The notes beneath the pieces are model-generated. The model worked only from the letters and a program-made list of their open reading frames with translations, made no database searches and was not told the origin of the DNA. The translations under genes were made by a program, and so were the position numbers. This document shows, in pieces, positions 46,024 to 60,290 of a stretch of 64,000 nucleotides of DNA (the stretch's first letter is position 1; every line of letters starts with the position of its first letter). Source of the stretch: Veleropilina oligotropha (lineage: Eukaryota); contig JBEUKZ010000118.1 in assembly GCA_048128005.1 (NCBI GenBank), positions 1-64,000 on the forward strand, in the 5' to 3' direction.

Positions 46024-49000
46024 ATGTTTTGCCATTTATTTTTAGGACTGTACTTTCGAGCAACACAAATAGATGATATGGACAGAAAAGGGATCCACTT
46101 TCTGATTGGCAATAAAGGGGCTCATATCTACAATGGAAATAATTCATACCAATGTTCAAATTGTAACAAAAGCTATAAGACAAGGTCTGTTCTGCAGAGA
46201 CACTCTTGCAAAATATGCACAAATTGTCAAAATAATTTTTCCTCTCATCAGAGACTACAGCAGCATAATTGTAAATTTTCAATGCAGAATAAATCTTTAA
46301 ATTTTACATGCAAGAAGTGCAGTATTTCATATACCTCTGAAAATCGTCTCACCAACCATAAGTGCAAATTTTGTGTCGAATGCCAAAGTCTTTTCAGTTC
46401 ATACCAAAGGCGTCAAAGTCATAAATGTTTGCCAAAGAGTGATGTTGGTAAACAGTGTAATGGTACTTGTGTTAAGGATTTGGAAAATAAATTGGAAAGA
46501 TAATGTTCAGGACATAAACCAGTGACACCTAGCTGTAAGTCAACAACACCATGTACAGTTAGCAATAGCCACAAGACAACAACAAGAAATAGAGGTAGCA
46601 AAAATCAGAAGCCATCAGCATCAAATCAAGATCAAATCAAGTAAGACATAAGCCAACAACAAATACATTCACAGAAATCCAAAAACCAACAGAATCATTT
46701 ACTGGTACAGAAACACTAAAACCGACAACATCAAATACCGTCGAAGAATGCCAGAAGTCCACCGTCAACGAAAGCCGGAAGCCAACAATTGGAGAAATCC
46801 AGAAGTCAACGGTTGGAAAGAGTCAAAAGGTAATAGGATCAGTTGGAGAATGTCCAAAGTTAATAGGATCAGTTACAGAAGTGTTTCACTTTAAACCCAT
46901 TGATTTTAGTTGGCAGAAGAAGACTTCTTTAGATCTGAGGCTTCCTGTTCATGCTGCTTCCATGCCCCAGCAACAGAACGATAATCAGTTGGAACTAAGA
47001 GAATCAAATGATATTAAAATAATGAAAGGTGATGGAAACTGGTTTTTTCGGGCAATGGCGTTTGCTTTGACTGGATCAGAGGCGTTTCATCCAGAGATAA
47101 GAAGATAAATCATCAATCATATTTTAGCGCCAAACAGCTGCATTACTATCATGTTGCCACTATTCACATTACCAGGAACATATATAAGAAACAGCAAAAT
47201 GGCAAATGACAAAGTGTGGGCAACCCAAATTGAGATGTATGCTGCTGCCCATCTGTTTAAAACAGATATCTACACGTACACTAGGTATGGAACAACTATG
47301 CGATGGCTAAAAATATCAGGGAAATTATTACAGCCATCACAAACTACAATTAACAAATGTATCTATCTTCAGCATACCAACGGAAATCATTTTGATATTG
47401 TTACATCTGTAGGAAATAACATGCAAATTTCGGCTCCATCATCAGACTGTCGAGTAAAAGATGTACAAAATGACGGAAAAGGATTGAAAGCATCAGAGAA
47501 AATCAAAGACAGAAAGACTTATTTAAAGGAGTACAAACGAAAACAGAGAAGTGATCCAGATTTCCTGAAAATGGAGCAACAAACGCAGAAAGAAAAAAGA
47601 TCCAATCCAGAGAACCAAAGTCGGGAACAACTCAGTAATAGAAAACGAAGGGAAGATTCCATATTTCAAAAATTTGAAGTAGAATTAAATAAGAAAAGAA
47701 GATTAGATCCACAGTATGTACAATATGAAAGAAACCTAAATTCACAAAGAAGATCGGATCCAGTGTTTTCTGCATTTGAAACAGAATTAAACAAGAAAAG
47801 ATCAGATTCAAAATATGTGCAGTATGAAAGAAACCCGAATTCACAAAGAAGATCGGATCCAGGATTTTCTACATTTGAAACAGAATTAAACAAGAAAAGA
47901 AGATCAGATTCAAAATATGTCCACTATGAAAGAAACCTGAATTTACAAAGAAGATCGGATCCAAGATTTTCTACATTTGAAACAGAATTAAAGAAGAAAA
48001 GAAGATTGGATACAAATTATGTACAGCAAGAAACCATAAAAAAAATTATCTTAGAACAGTGCCTCAATACTGTGAGCAAGAAAGACAACACAAGGTAGCA
48101 AGACGGTCTGATCCTGTGTATAGGCAACACGAACAGATATCGGACAATCTTCGTACAAAAAATGCCAATCAATTTCATAAGGCATATGACATGCAAGAAC
48201 TTATTAATGTTTTCCATGCGTCTGTTTCTTCAGCCTGCAATTTCGTGTGTACATGTTGTGACCAGCTGTGGTTTACAAAATCGGTTGTCGGTATATCAAG
48301 GATCAAACATGTGACAGATCCATTGTATTCTCAGTGTGTAGGGGGAAAAATAAGTCAGGATGGAAAAGAATATTTGTGCCACACCTGTGCTACATCATTG
48401 CTGAAAGGAAAGCTACCATCTCTTTCTATTCACAATAAATCAGATTTCCCATATAAACCTGGGGTTATGGATATAAATTCACTCGAAGAAAAGCTCGTTG
48501 CACCAATTTCTACATTTTTTCAAATTAGGGAACTTCCAAGTGGTGGACAGCTAGGAATACAAGGAAATGTGGTAAATGTTCCAGCAGATCACCTATCCAC
48601 AGTCAGATCTCTCCCTCGCCAAATACCAGAGTCCCACACTATTCCGGTGAAGCTTAAGAGAACAATGCGCTATAAATATCACGTGATGTTTCAAAACATT
48701 CGTCCTCATAAGTGTATTGATGCGACCAACTATTTACTTACAAAGTCATTTTTTTCAAAATTGTACCTGATGGTTTAGACAAATCGTGGTCATCATCACA
48801 TATAGAAAGTTTACAAGGATCTGACTGGAATTGTTTTCTTGAAAACGATGATAAAGCCCTCAAGCAATGTCCTTTACCAGAAATTGTTGAATCAGCAAGG
48901 CGAGATGATGACAGTGAGTGGAGTGAAAATGGAGACGTTGAAGACTGCGACGGCATTTATGATACCATGCTCTATCCAGAAAACATTGACGCCCAGAGAA

Positions 49001-51013
49001 AAATATTAACATTTGCTCCAAGTGAAGGAAATTTACCAATAAGTACTTTCGATGAAGCTGTTGAAGAGTTATCATTTCCATCAATATTTTGTGGTGAAAG
49101 ACGAGCCAAAAATGATGAAAGAATTGTTCCAGTGAAATATAGTGATATTTGCAAGTCTGAATTGAGACAACTTGATCGTAGATGTGCTAAGAACATAACA
49201 AATATTTTCTTCAAAACAAAGAAAATCCAAATGAAACAGATACAAGATAAGGTTTGGCTATCACTCAGAAGAGTACAAAGTAAAGGAAAAAGAGTAACTG
49301 CGGGAGAATTAAAAGATGAAGCTAATATTGATAATCTTGTAAAACTTGATGATGGATATAGGATTGTTCGTACATTGAGAGGATCGCCGCCCTATTGGGA
49401 ATCTGCCAAAAAGGACCTCTTCGCAATGATCAGGCAATTAGGGCTTCCTACATGGTTCATGTCCCTTTCATCTGCTGAAACGCGCTGGGTTCCTCTTTTG
49501 CAATATCTGGGTTGTATTATTGATAAAAAAGAGTACTCTGCAGATGACATAAAGCATATGACATGGAGTGCCAAATGTCGTCTTATACGAAGTGATCCTG
49601 TAACAACAGCCAGATATTTTGATTATAAAGTGCAAATTTTTTTTAATTGTTTTCTTCAAAGTCCACTTTCACCACTTGGAAAAACCAAAGAGTTCTTCTA
49701 TCGCGTGGAGTTCCAACACAGAGGTTCACCACATATTCATGCAGTGTTATGGGTGGAGCATGCTCCAAGTCTGAGTGAAGATAATCACAGGGATGTGGAA
49801 AAATATGTTTCTGATTATATCAACACAGAGAGGAGGTTACCAAATGACTGCTCCGAAGAAGATTTGGTAAAGTTACAATGTCATAAACACACACATACAT
49901 GTAGGAAAAAGACTAATAAAATGTGTAGATTCAATTTTCCACTGCCACCATTAAGAAAAACAACACTGGTAGAACCTCTTCCGATTGATATTCCCATGGA
50001 GGAAAGAAACACCCACAAACAGAATTATGAAGTCATACAGAAATAACTTTCTGAGAAAACTACGTATGATTGTGATTTCGATGAGTTTCTTCTAAAACTT
50101 AAATTGACCGAACAGCAATACATGCTTGCTCTCAGATACTCTGTGAAGGAGACCAAGATTTTCATGAAACGTGATCCAAATTCAATTCGAGTGAATGGTT
50201 ACAATTATAGTGTTCTGCGGGCATGGAAGGCTAACATGTGTCTCCAGTTCATTACAAATGCATATGCATGTATCATGTATATTGTTAACTATGTCAGCAA
50301 AGGACAAAGACGTATGAGCAACCTGTTACGCAGAGCTTGCGATGACGCTAAAAGAGATAATTCCAACACCCGTGAGCAAGTACGCAAAGTAGGAAATAAA
50401 TTCCTGAAACATGTGGAAATTTCTGCGCAAGAGGCTGTATATATTAGTTTGCAGTTAAAGCTTAAGAATTCCAACTGTGGTCATATTTTTATAAATACTT
50501 CACCAAAGAACGAGCGACCATTTATTATCAAAGCCGCTGATCAGCTTAAAGAACTTCCAGATGACAGTACTGATATTCAATGTACAAACCAAATTAATAG
50601 ATATTCCAAAAGGCCGAAGAAGATGGAAAATATCTGTCTAGCAGATTTTGCTTCAAGATATGATATGATAAGCGCAAAGAAAAACTCTGGACAGGCACTT
50701 GAAGAAGATTTACCAGAGACAGACGTAGAAGACAACAAAGAAGATGTACCATATGAAATTGATGAATATGAGCCACTTGATCATCCCAAAACTATCCACT
50801 ATCGTGGAGGCACAGTTTTAAGACTCAGAAAACAGAGAAAAATCATAAGATATGTCATATACTCGAAGGACAGAGATGCAGAAATGTTTTATAGAGAACA
50901 GCTGCTGTTATTCATGCCTTGGAGAGATGAAAATAAAATTATTGCTCCCTGTGACACTTACGAAGATAAGTACAACAAAGTTTTAAACAAGATTACAGAA
51001 AACAGAAGCAACT
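46024..51013 (+). pseudogene. Helentron RepHel polyprotein, 5' part: Cys/His fingers, OTU-like protease, basic repeats, DUF6570-like region, HUH Rep
   Basis: CxxC..H fingers; KGDGN(W)FFRA..WATQIE..NHFD; CTCCDQLWF..GNVVNVP; RGSPPYW, IRQLGLPTWFMSLS, DPVTTARYF, YRVEFQHRGSPHIH, HKHTHTC..CRFNFP and YIVNYVSK. Several stops and frameshifts. Confidence 0.92.
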
Positions 51014-53093
51014 AGATAACAAGTGATGGGGTACCATCACAGTGGGCCCCGCTCCACCAATATAACTCGATAAACATTCACATGTGAGCAATAATTGTTA
51101 TATATGCAAAAATAGAAGGTAAATTTGCATTGACCATTTGATGAAGCTTATGCTATTGTTACTCCAAAATCATTATGTACTGGATATTTCCAACATAAAA
51201 GCTATACATGATGATATTGTGTCACAAACTGTTGCCTCTCTCACCTTGATGTACCTGTAGTCAGAGACAGACATAAACTAAACATTAAATCATATGAAAA
51301 AAATGAACTATTTAATACCAAATGTAAGCTTTAACCAAACACCGTAACCAAGATATTTTATGCAAAGTTCCCTCCAATATCCATTAAACATGTCAAATTC
51401 CTATCAATAATACCACTACAGCATGTAGGAACATTCCCTTGTTCATTTATTAGCATACATATAGAGCTAAGTTTGTTAACAGAAGCGTTAACCTGAACCT
51501 TCACCAAATATGCAACGGAGCAGAAGCTTTAACCTGGCACATTAACCAAGTCATTTTCTATTAAATATTCTGAAAAAAATAAAATTTACAAATATCTTTA
51601 ATGAAATTGCATCTACTAGTGATATCCAAGCATTTAACTTTGTCAAAACATCCCTGACGGAGCTTTAATTATGTTTACATAATGTTTAACCTTGGTTCCT
51701 GGACCTTAAGTAAATGTGCGACGGACGTATGGAAAAGGTGATCACTATAGAGCTCGGACACTGACGGGGCCCTAATAACATTTATGATTCCACATACATT
51801 GACCATTTTATGAAGCTTGTATTGGCCATGGGATACAGCTTGGTCTTGATACTAGTATGATCAAGAACCCATTGGCTACTGCCAACAGGGAAGCTATGAT
51901 ATTAAATATATATAGCCCCACAACCTGTCACCTTAAGTCTCACGGCTTACTGTACCTGTAGTAACAACTACAAGCCTAGAGCAAGTCTGACAGAGAGACA
52001 AATGACCGAAACCGATAGACATTGAAGATCAATAACGATTTTCTTTTCAATTAAATTTAAAATTAAATTTAAAATTTAAAATTAAATTTAAAATTTAAAA
52101 TTAAATTTAAAATTTAAAATTAAATTTAAAATTTAAAATTAAATTTAAAATTTAAAATTAAATTTAAAATAAATTTAAAATTTGAAATGTAAAATTTCAA
52201 TGTATCCATTAGATAACATTTACAGCTACCATGCATTACAAACATTTAAGTCTGTTAGAATATCAAACTTGGCCATAAAACTTTCAAAAATGCTTAGAAA
52301 CTAAAACTTGGAATACTATTTTCTTTTAAATTTCCCGATAAAATTTAAAAAAATGAATCCAATTGGTAACAATTACAACTACCTGTAATAAAACTGCTCC
52401 TAGAAATGATATTCAATCATTTAACATTGTAAAAACTGCTAAAAAACTTTCAAAAATGATTCAATGAGAACCCTTAACCTGGTACCTTAACCAAACTATT
52501 TTCTTTTAAATTTACTGTTAAAAGTTAAAAAAAAAAAATTCATTTGGTAACAGTTGCAAATACCTTTAATAAAAGTGCTCCTTGAAATGATAACCAAGCA
52601 TTTAACTTTGTTAAAAAATGAAACCTGACCATAAAACTTTCAAAAATGCTTCAAGTTGAACCTTTAACCTGGTACCTTAACCATGAAAATTTCTAATAAA
52701 TTCGTTCGATATCAACACTCCAGTTTCTGGAATTATCCATAATAATAATATTCAAAGAAGCCTGCGACAAAAAAGTGCCTTTATCAAGCAAACTATACGG
52801 AAAAAGTGAACCATTAATACCAAATAGAACGTTTAACCAAACAGCTTAACCAAGATTTTTGAACCTAAATTCTCTCCTATGTCAATTAAACATATGAAAT
52901 TCCTTTCGTTAATCTCAATACAGCATTTAGGAACATTCCCTTGTTCATTTATTACCATACATTCATATCAAATTATGTTAACATAAAGTTTAACCTGAAC
53001 CTTAAGCAAATGAGCATCGGACGGACGGATGGAAGGACGGACGGACGGACGGAAAAGGTGATCACTATAGGGCTCCCTGACGGGGCCCTAATA
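51011..53093 (-). mobile_element. HINE-like insertion(s) interrupting the RepHel gene
   Basis: The minus-strand 3' end is the hairpin gtgatgg-tacc-ccatcac followed by ctagtt at 51011-51040. The 5' ends ttattagggcccc lie at ~51778 and ~53093, with a (ggac)n microsatellite. Confidence 0.7.
52049..52183. repeat. Pure A/T 19-bp tandem repeat
   Basis: aaaattaaatttaaaattt units with no G or C for about 130 bp. Confidence 0.9.
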
Positions 53094-54819
53094 AAACTTA
53101 GCATATGCTTGAAACACCGATCCTGCGACAACTTTTTGTCTAAATCATAACTGTATGCATTTAGCCTAGATTGAGTAAAATCAATGCTATCAACATAGCC
53201 ACTCTCGTCCACAGAAACCAAGTTTGCTCCTCTACTAGTTGCGAATGATGAGCTTTTCTAATTTCTCGACGCAGACGAGCTTTTAGTCGCCATTGATAGT
53301 GCCACTTTAACCAAAGGTACTACAGACAGAAAGACACCAAAATCACATCACATTGAAACTTTAATCAGACATCTTAATCAAGGTTTTCCAGTGTAAAATA
53401 TATCTATTTATAATCAATGAAATACATTTTTGACCAAAAAACCCTAGAGAACAGAGAGCATATATCTGTTAAAATTAAAATACAAGTGCATAAAACAGCG
53501 CTATAATCACATATATGCAGGCAATATTAGTGTGAAAGCATCAAATGACATCCATAGCTTTATCCAACATCAATATATAAGAGTAAGTTGATATGTCAGG
53601 CTGTAATAACTAATGTGCATATCATACAATAATTTGCAGTTGAAGGGAGTGATATTAGACACTGGATACAGTCTGTTCTTGTAATGGTAATATATATACT
53701 ACCATTTCAAGATACGCATGGAAGAAACCAATGGGGAAGCCAGTTATCAAAATCCATTCAATCCATAAGATTGTGATAATCCAGCTTCACAGGGTGACCA
53801 TTAAGCTTAACAGCTTACTTTGCCTATTGGCAGTGAGCAAGTCTTACAGATAAGCACATGTCCCTTTCATCATACACACATAACATTTAGATAAATAAAC
53901 AAAATAAATTTACTAACTCTTAAAAAAATACCATTATTTCTATCCTAAATACTTTAAGGCATAATTAATTATTTCAGAATAACTGCTAGAGACATGATGA
54001 AAATCAATCATGAAACTTCTTGATATATAAAAAATATTTTTGTTTTTAATAATTTTTGTAATTTATTATTATTTAAAAAAAATATGTATGCACTTTTTTC
54101 AGCTCATAAGGTTTGCACATGTGAAGTTTGAAGTTGAACTGATGCTAGAGTGAAAAGATATATGGAAACAAAGCAAAATCTTAACACAGATTTAATGATT
54201 ACTATGATGACAAAGTCATTGTACTATATAATATATGTTATATACTAATATTCAGCATCCGAAGCATTCATTTAACATCAGTACCCATGAAACATCTATT
54301 GTTATGTTGATCTAGATCTTATACTTTTGAGAAACAGAGCCAAACGCAAATCTTCAGAAATCAAACAAGTAGAAACTTTGACCTGGGACCTTAACCAGAA
54401 GATTGGGCAAAACAAACGTTAACCTGGGGCCTTAACCTGAAGATTGGGCAAATGAATCTTTAACCTGGGATCTTATTAGAAGATTGGGCAAATGAAACTC
54501 TACTGTGATCTTAACCTTAAGATTGAGCATATGGCACATTAACCTGGGACATTCACTGACCTTAGTCTCGCCAAAAGTGAAATTCAGTAACCGAAACATA
54601 TTCATTATTTATCATTTTATTAAATTATTTTATTCGCTTATAACACCATAGTAAAGGTTAATTCTGACTATTGTATGCATATATGAAATTAACTTTAATA
54701 TTGGGAATCGTACAGCATAGAACGGCGGAAACAAACGAGCGTATCAACGTCTTTGCTTTAGTTCCTGTTCAACAGATAACGTTTATTCAACAGTATTGCA
54801 TGGAACCTCGTTTTCGCGC

Positions 54820-56944
54820 AAGATCACTAAATCAACAACAAAAAGAATTATTTTACCATGCGCTTAAAAAAGTCAAGGCAACAGATGAACAATTCAAGAT
54901 ATTTTTGAGTGGAGGTGCAGGAGTTGGGAAAACTAGACTCACCAAATGTTTGTATCAAGCTGTAATCAGATATTACAACACAAATGAAGGACAAAACCCT
55001 GATCAGACAACTGTACTTTTGACAGCTCCAACTGGAAAAGCTGCATATCTCATTCGCGGACTCACTCTGCACACAGCTTTCCACATACCAGCATATCAAG
55101 GTTTCACTTACAAGCCATTGAAATCAAGTTCCCTTAATACACTTCGACATAAAATGGAAAATCTTAAACTAATCATCATTGATGAAATTTCCATGTGTGG
55201 CAGTAAGCTATTTTGTTTCATCAACCAACGGATGCAGGAAATTACTGGTATATCAAGGCCCTTTGGGGGTATTAGTGTATTAACAATAGGGGATCTTTTC
55301 CAGTTGAAACCAGTTATGGATTCTTGGATATTCCAGCAACCAAGTGGTAATGCAACTGAAATATTGTCAGAAAATATCTGGAAAGACAGTTTCTTGCTTT
55401 TTGAACTAACGACCATAATGCGACAAAAAGATGACATGTTTTTTGCGGAAATTCTGAACAGAATACGTGAAGCAGAACAAATCGCCTCCGACATCGATTA
55501 CTTAAACAAAAGAGTGATCCAGCCAAACAGTCCTCTCTACCCAGTAAATGCAACCCATCTATTGTATTACAACAAAGACGTGAACATGTATAATAACAAG
55601 CTATTCAACAGTTCTCTGGACCAGAAGGCTATTATCTCAGGTGTAGAAATTGTCATTGGTGATGTATCAGATAAAGTTAAAACAAACATAAAAGCAAAAA
55701 CACAGGATACAGTAATGGGACTCAGCAAATTGTGTTCAATAGCAGTAGGAATGCGCTGTGAATTAACAGTCAATGTTGACTTATGTGACGGATTGGTTAA
55801 TGGTGCTTCTGGTATTGCAAAGAGACTTGAGTGTATAGGCAGCAGAGTTGACAAAATATGGATGCTGTTTGATGATGCAGATGTTGGTAGAAATTTAAGG
55901 TTTGAATATAGGAAAATCTCAAAAGTTCCATCAAACTCTTTGACCCCAATCAAAAAAATAACAAGGGAGTTTACTGTTGGAAATTACAAAAGTATCAAGG
56001 TAGCAAGAACACAATTTCCTTTGAGGTTAGCAGCTGCTAAAACCGTTCACCGATCCCAAGGTGACACATTGGATCAAGTTGTTATTGGACTGCCAGATAG
56101 GAAATGTTGTCACATGCATTATGTTGCTCTCAGTAGAACACAAAAAGCAGAAGATCTGTATATTCTTGGAACGGTCAACAAAGAAAAAATAACTGTCTCT
56201 TGCCAGGTAAAAGAAGAAATGAAAAGACTGCGACAGACGAGATCAATGAAACTTTGTTACTTACCTCTGTACACTTTTCCTACCCATTTCAAAGGCTGTT
56301 TCCACAACTGTCAATCACTCGGTCTCCATATTCAGGACATACAAGCAGACATCAGTATGTGTTCATCAGATGTCATGTTCCTTGTAGAAACAAGACTCAG
56401 TAAGAATGATGACAATCAATCCATTCAAATTCCAGGATTTCATGTTCACAGAAATGACTTTGCCACAGATAGATCTTCTTATGGAAGTGTGGTGTATTAC
56501 AGAAATAATTTACAACCAAATATCAGCAACTTGAACTATGACGCAATTGAAATCACCTTACTTCAAATGGACGTCCTCCAGATTGCTGGTATATACTCTC
56601 GTCCAAAGGAATCTATAAACAAATTGATAAATGCAATGTCATTTCATATGGAGAAAATTGATTTGAATATATCACTTGTGATTATGGGTGACTTTAACTG
56701 CAATGCTCAAGATGCAGCAAACAGAAAGAGTAAAAGACTATTAAGTTTTATGGAATCGATCGGACTGCGACAAATGATCACGGATTATACTACTGATGGC
56801 CGTACAACCATTGATTTGTTATTCACTAACATTAAACAAACTTTCAATGTGGAACGCACGAATCTTATTTCAGCTATCATAAGCCGATCTGGTTTGCCAT
56901 ACAGCAACAATGAAAACTCTCACCAGTCACCTTCATGTGAGTAA
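54820..56944 (+). pseudogene. Helentron RepHel polyprotein, 3' part: Pif1-family helicase plus APE endonuclease
   Basis: GGAGVGKT, APTGKAA, IIDEISM, GDLFQLKPV, MRQKDD, QFPLRLAAAKTVHRSQG and YVALSR, then FHNCQSL, VETRL, IMGDFN and TTIDLLF. The final SYFSYHKPIW motif is in a shifted frame. Confidence 0.93.
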
Positions 56945-58759
56945 TGATAATTGCTAATGATTTATGTTATAAACAATATCAACATGTCTTTTTTGCGTTA
57001 TATTATTGTCCGTAGTTTCTTTTTCGACGAAAATGACGTGTGTTTGCACATAGGATTGGTAAAATATAAATACATAGTGATGAATTTGCATACACCTAAT
57101 TTAGAAAATTAACATTTAAAATAAGGTATATGATAACTAGAATGTCACTCTCGTGGTTGTATAATATTACAGCCCGGTTGCCAGGGAGGAAGGGGGAGAG
57201 GGAGACTACAGTTATTAGTAATATAGATCATGTTTATAAAATTAATTATGAAATATTTAAAATTAAAATTTTACTTTTATTGCAGTTCAAATGCTTCTTT
57301 GTATAGTCAATGTGGATAGATGCACATACAAATGCATGCATTTCTAAGTAGACTTGCACTGTACATATTGATACAGTTGCTTCAGACATGATAATATATG
57401 CGACATCCATCTCACACCATACATAAGACCTATTTTTTCATAGTTCATTGATGTTTTATCGATTTCCTCAATAATGTTACGTTTTTGAAATTTGAAATAT
57501 TTTCACCTCAGGCATTATTATAAAATAATAATTAAAGATTGTCTATTTTCTGCCTTTCTGAAACTTTAGGTCTCACATTAACTCTGTTAAGATTGGCACT
57601 GCAAGTTTGATAGTACTTCGGATTCCTAACTTTACCAATAAAATGTGGACTTTCAAGGTTGAAGTGCCTCGGGGACGGGCGAGACATATAATTCCGCGGA
57701 ATTTCTTGCATGGAATTAGCATGACTCTCTGAACATTTTGGAATGAAATTTGACACTTTGGTGTATTTCAGTGACGACAGCATGAAGTTTATATCGTCTG
57801 CGAACAACAGTCTTGTTCATGTCTGGTCTGAAATCAAGTAATTAAGCAACTATTTCGTAGAGGAACATTTGAAACGAGATAACATATATTGGAATGCTTT
57901 TCTCCAACTGCTAGAAATCGTAGCTGGTTTGTTTTGTGTGATTACTGTCCATTGGATTGACCATTCATGAGCTAACTCTGGAAAAATATAGTTAAGGCAC
58001 CAGTATATGTCTTATTTAACCTTTATAATTAATTATAATTAATGCTTAATGAAAATATAAACAATCTTGAGTTATCTCCCTTTAATACTTGTTGATGCTT
58101 AAATGTATTGTTTTACGACAAAATATCCATTTCTAATTTGCATATTGGCTTGAACATTGACCATTTTTTGGCTCGGTAAGTTTTGTACTTAATGTTGTGT
58201 GATGTAATACAAAATCTTTAAGATGTATCTGCAAAATTATCTTCATAATACAGTGAATACTAAAAATCCATATTATATCACACGCTAAAAAGACTGTCAC
58301 CTGTCCTGTAATATGTACATTATTCTGACAGATGATGCTATGTATTGTTTTCATCATGATAATATATATTTAAACTCAAAGACTAAATTATTTGTTGATA
58401 TTGTGGCTGTATAATGCTATATAAATTATTCCAACTGGCGGCCATCTTGAAATTCAAATCGGCCGCCATAACGGCATCGGTTCAAATGCAAACATTGGTT
58501 TCTACATTCTGTTGGATATAATGTTTCCAAAAATGTATAGGTTTTCAAATCTTCAAAATATAAAAACGAAAGTACATAACACACTGGACTATATACACAA
58601 CAAGATTTTTCAGATGCATATTTTTAGATCTATACTCTATATGCATTTACAATTTACTGGTATATGCATATACACAACTATAATGATAACGCGTCACGCA
58701 ATTAGTTAGTGACGATCAAGAGAAAACATGTGTGTTCTGAGTATGTTCGACTGAAAAAA

Positions 58760-60290
<1,531 letters not shown>

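Noticed and set aside
54671..54819. N-terminal 50 aa of the 757-aa ORF as part of the helicase
   Set aside because: It has a non-ATG start and reads through inserted sequence. Helicase-like sequence begins near SLNQQQ.
57532..57990. LINE reverse-transcriptase relic (LFADD on the minus strand), and a possible APE relic at ~14030-14330
   Set aside because: Each shows only one short motif in heavily degraded sequence, too weak to call without a search.
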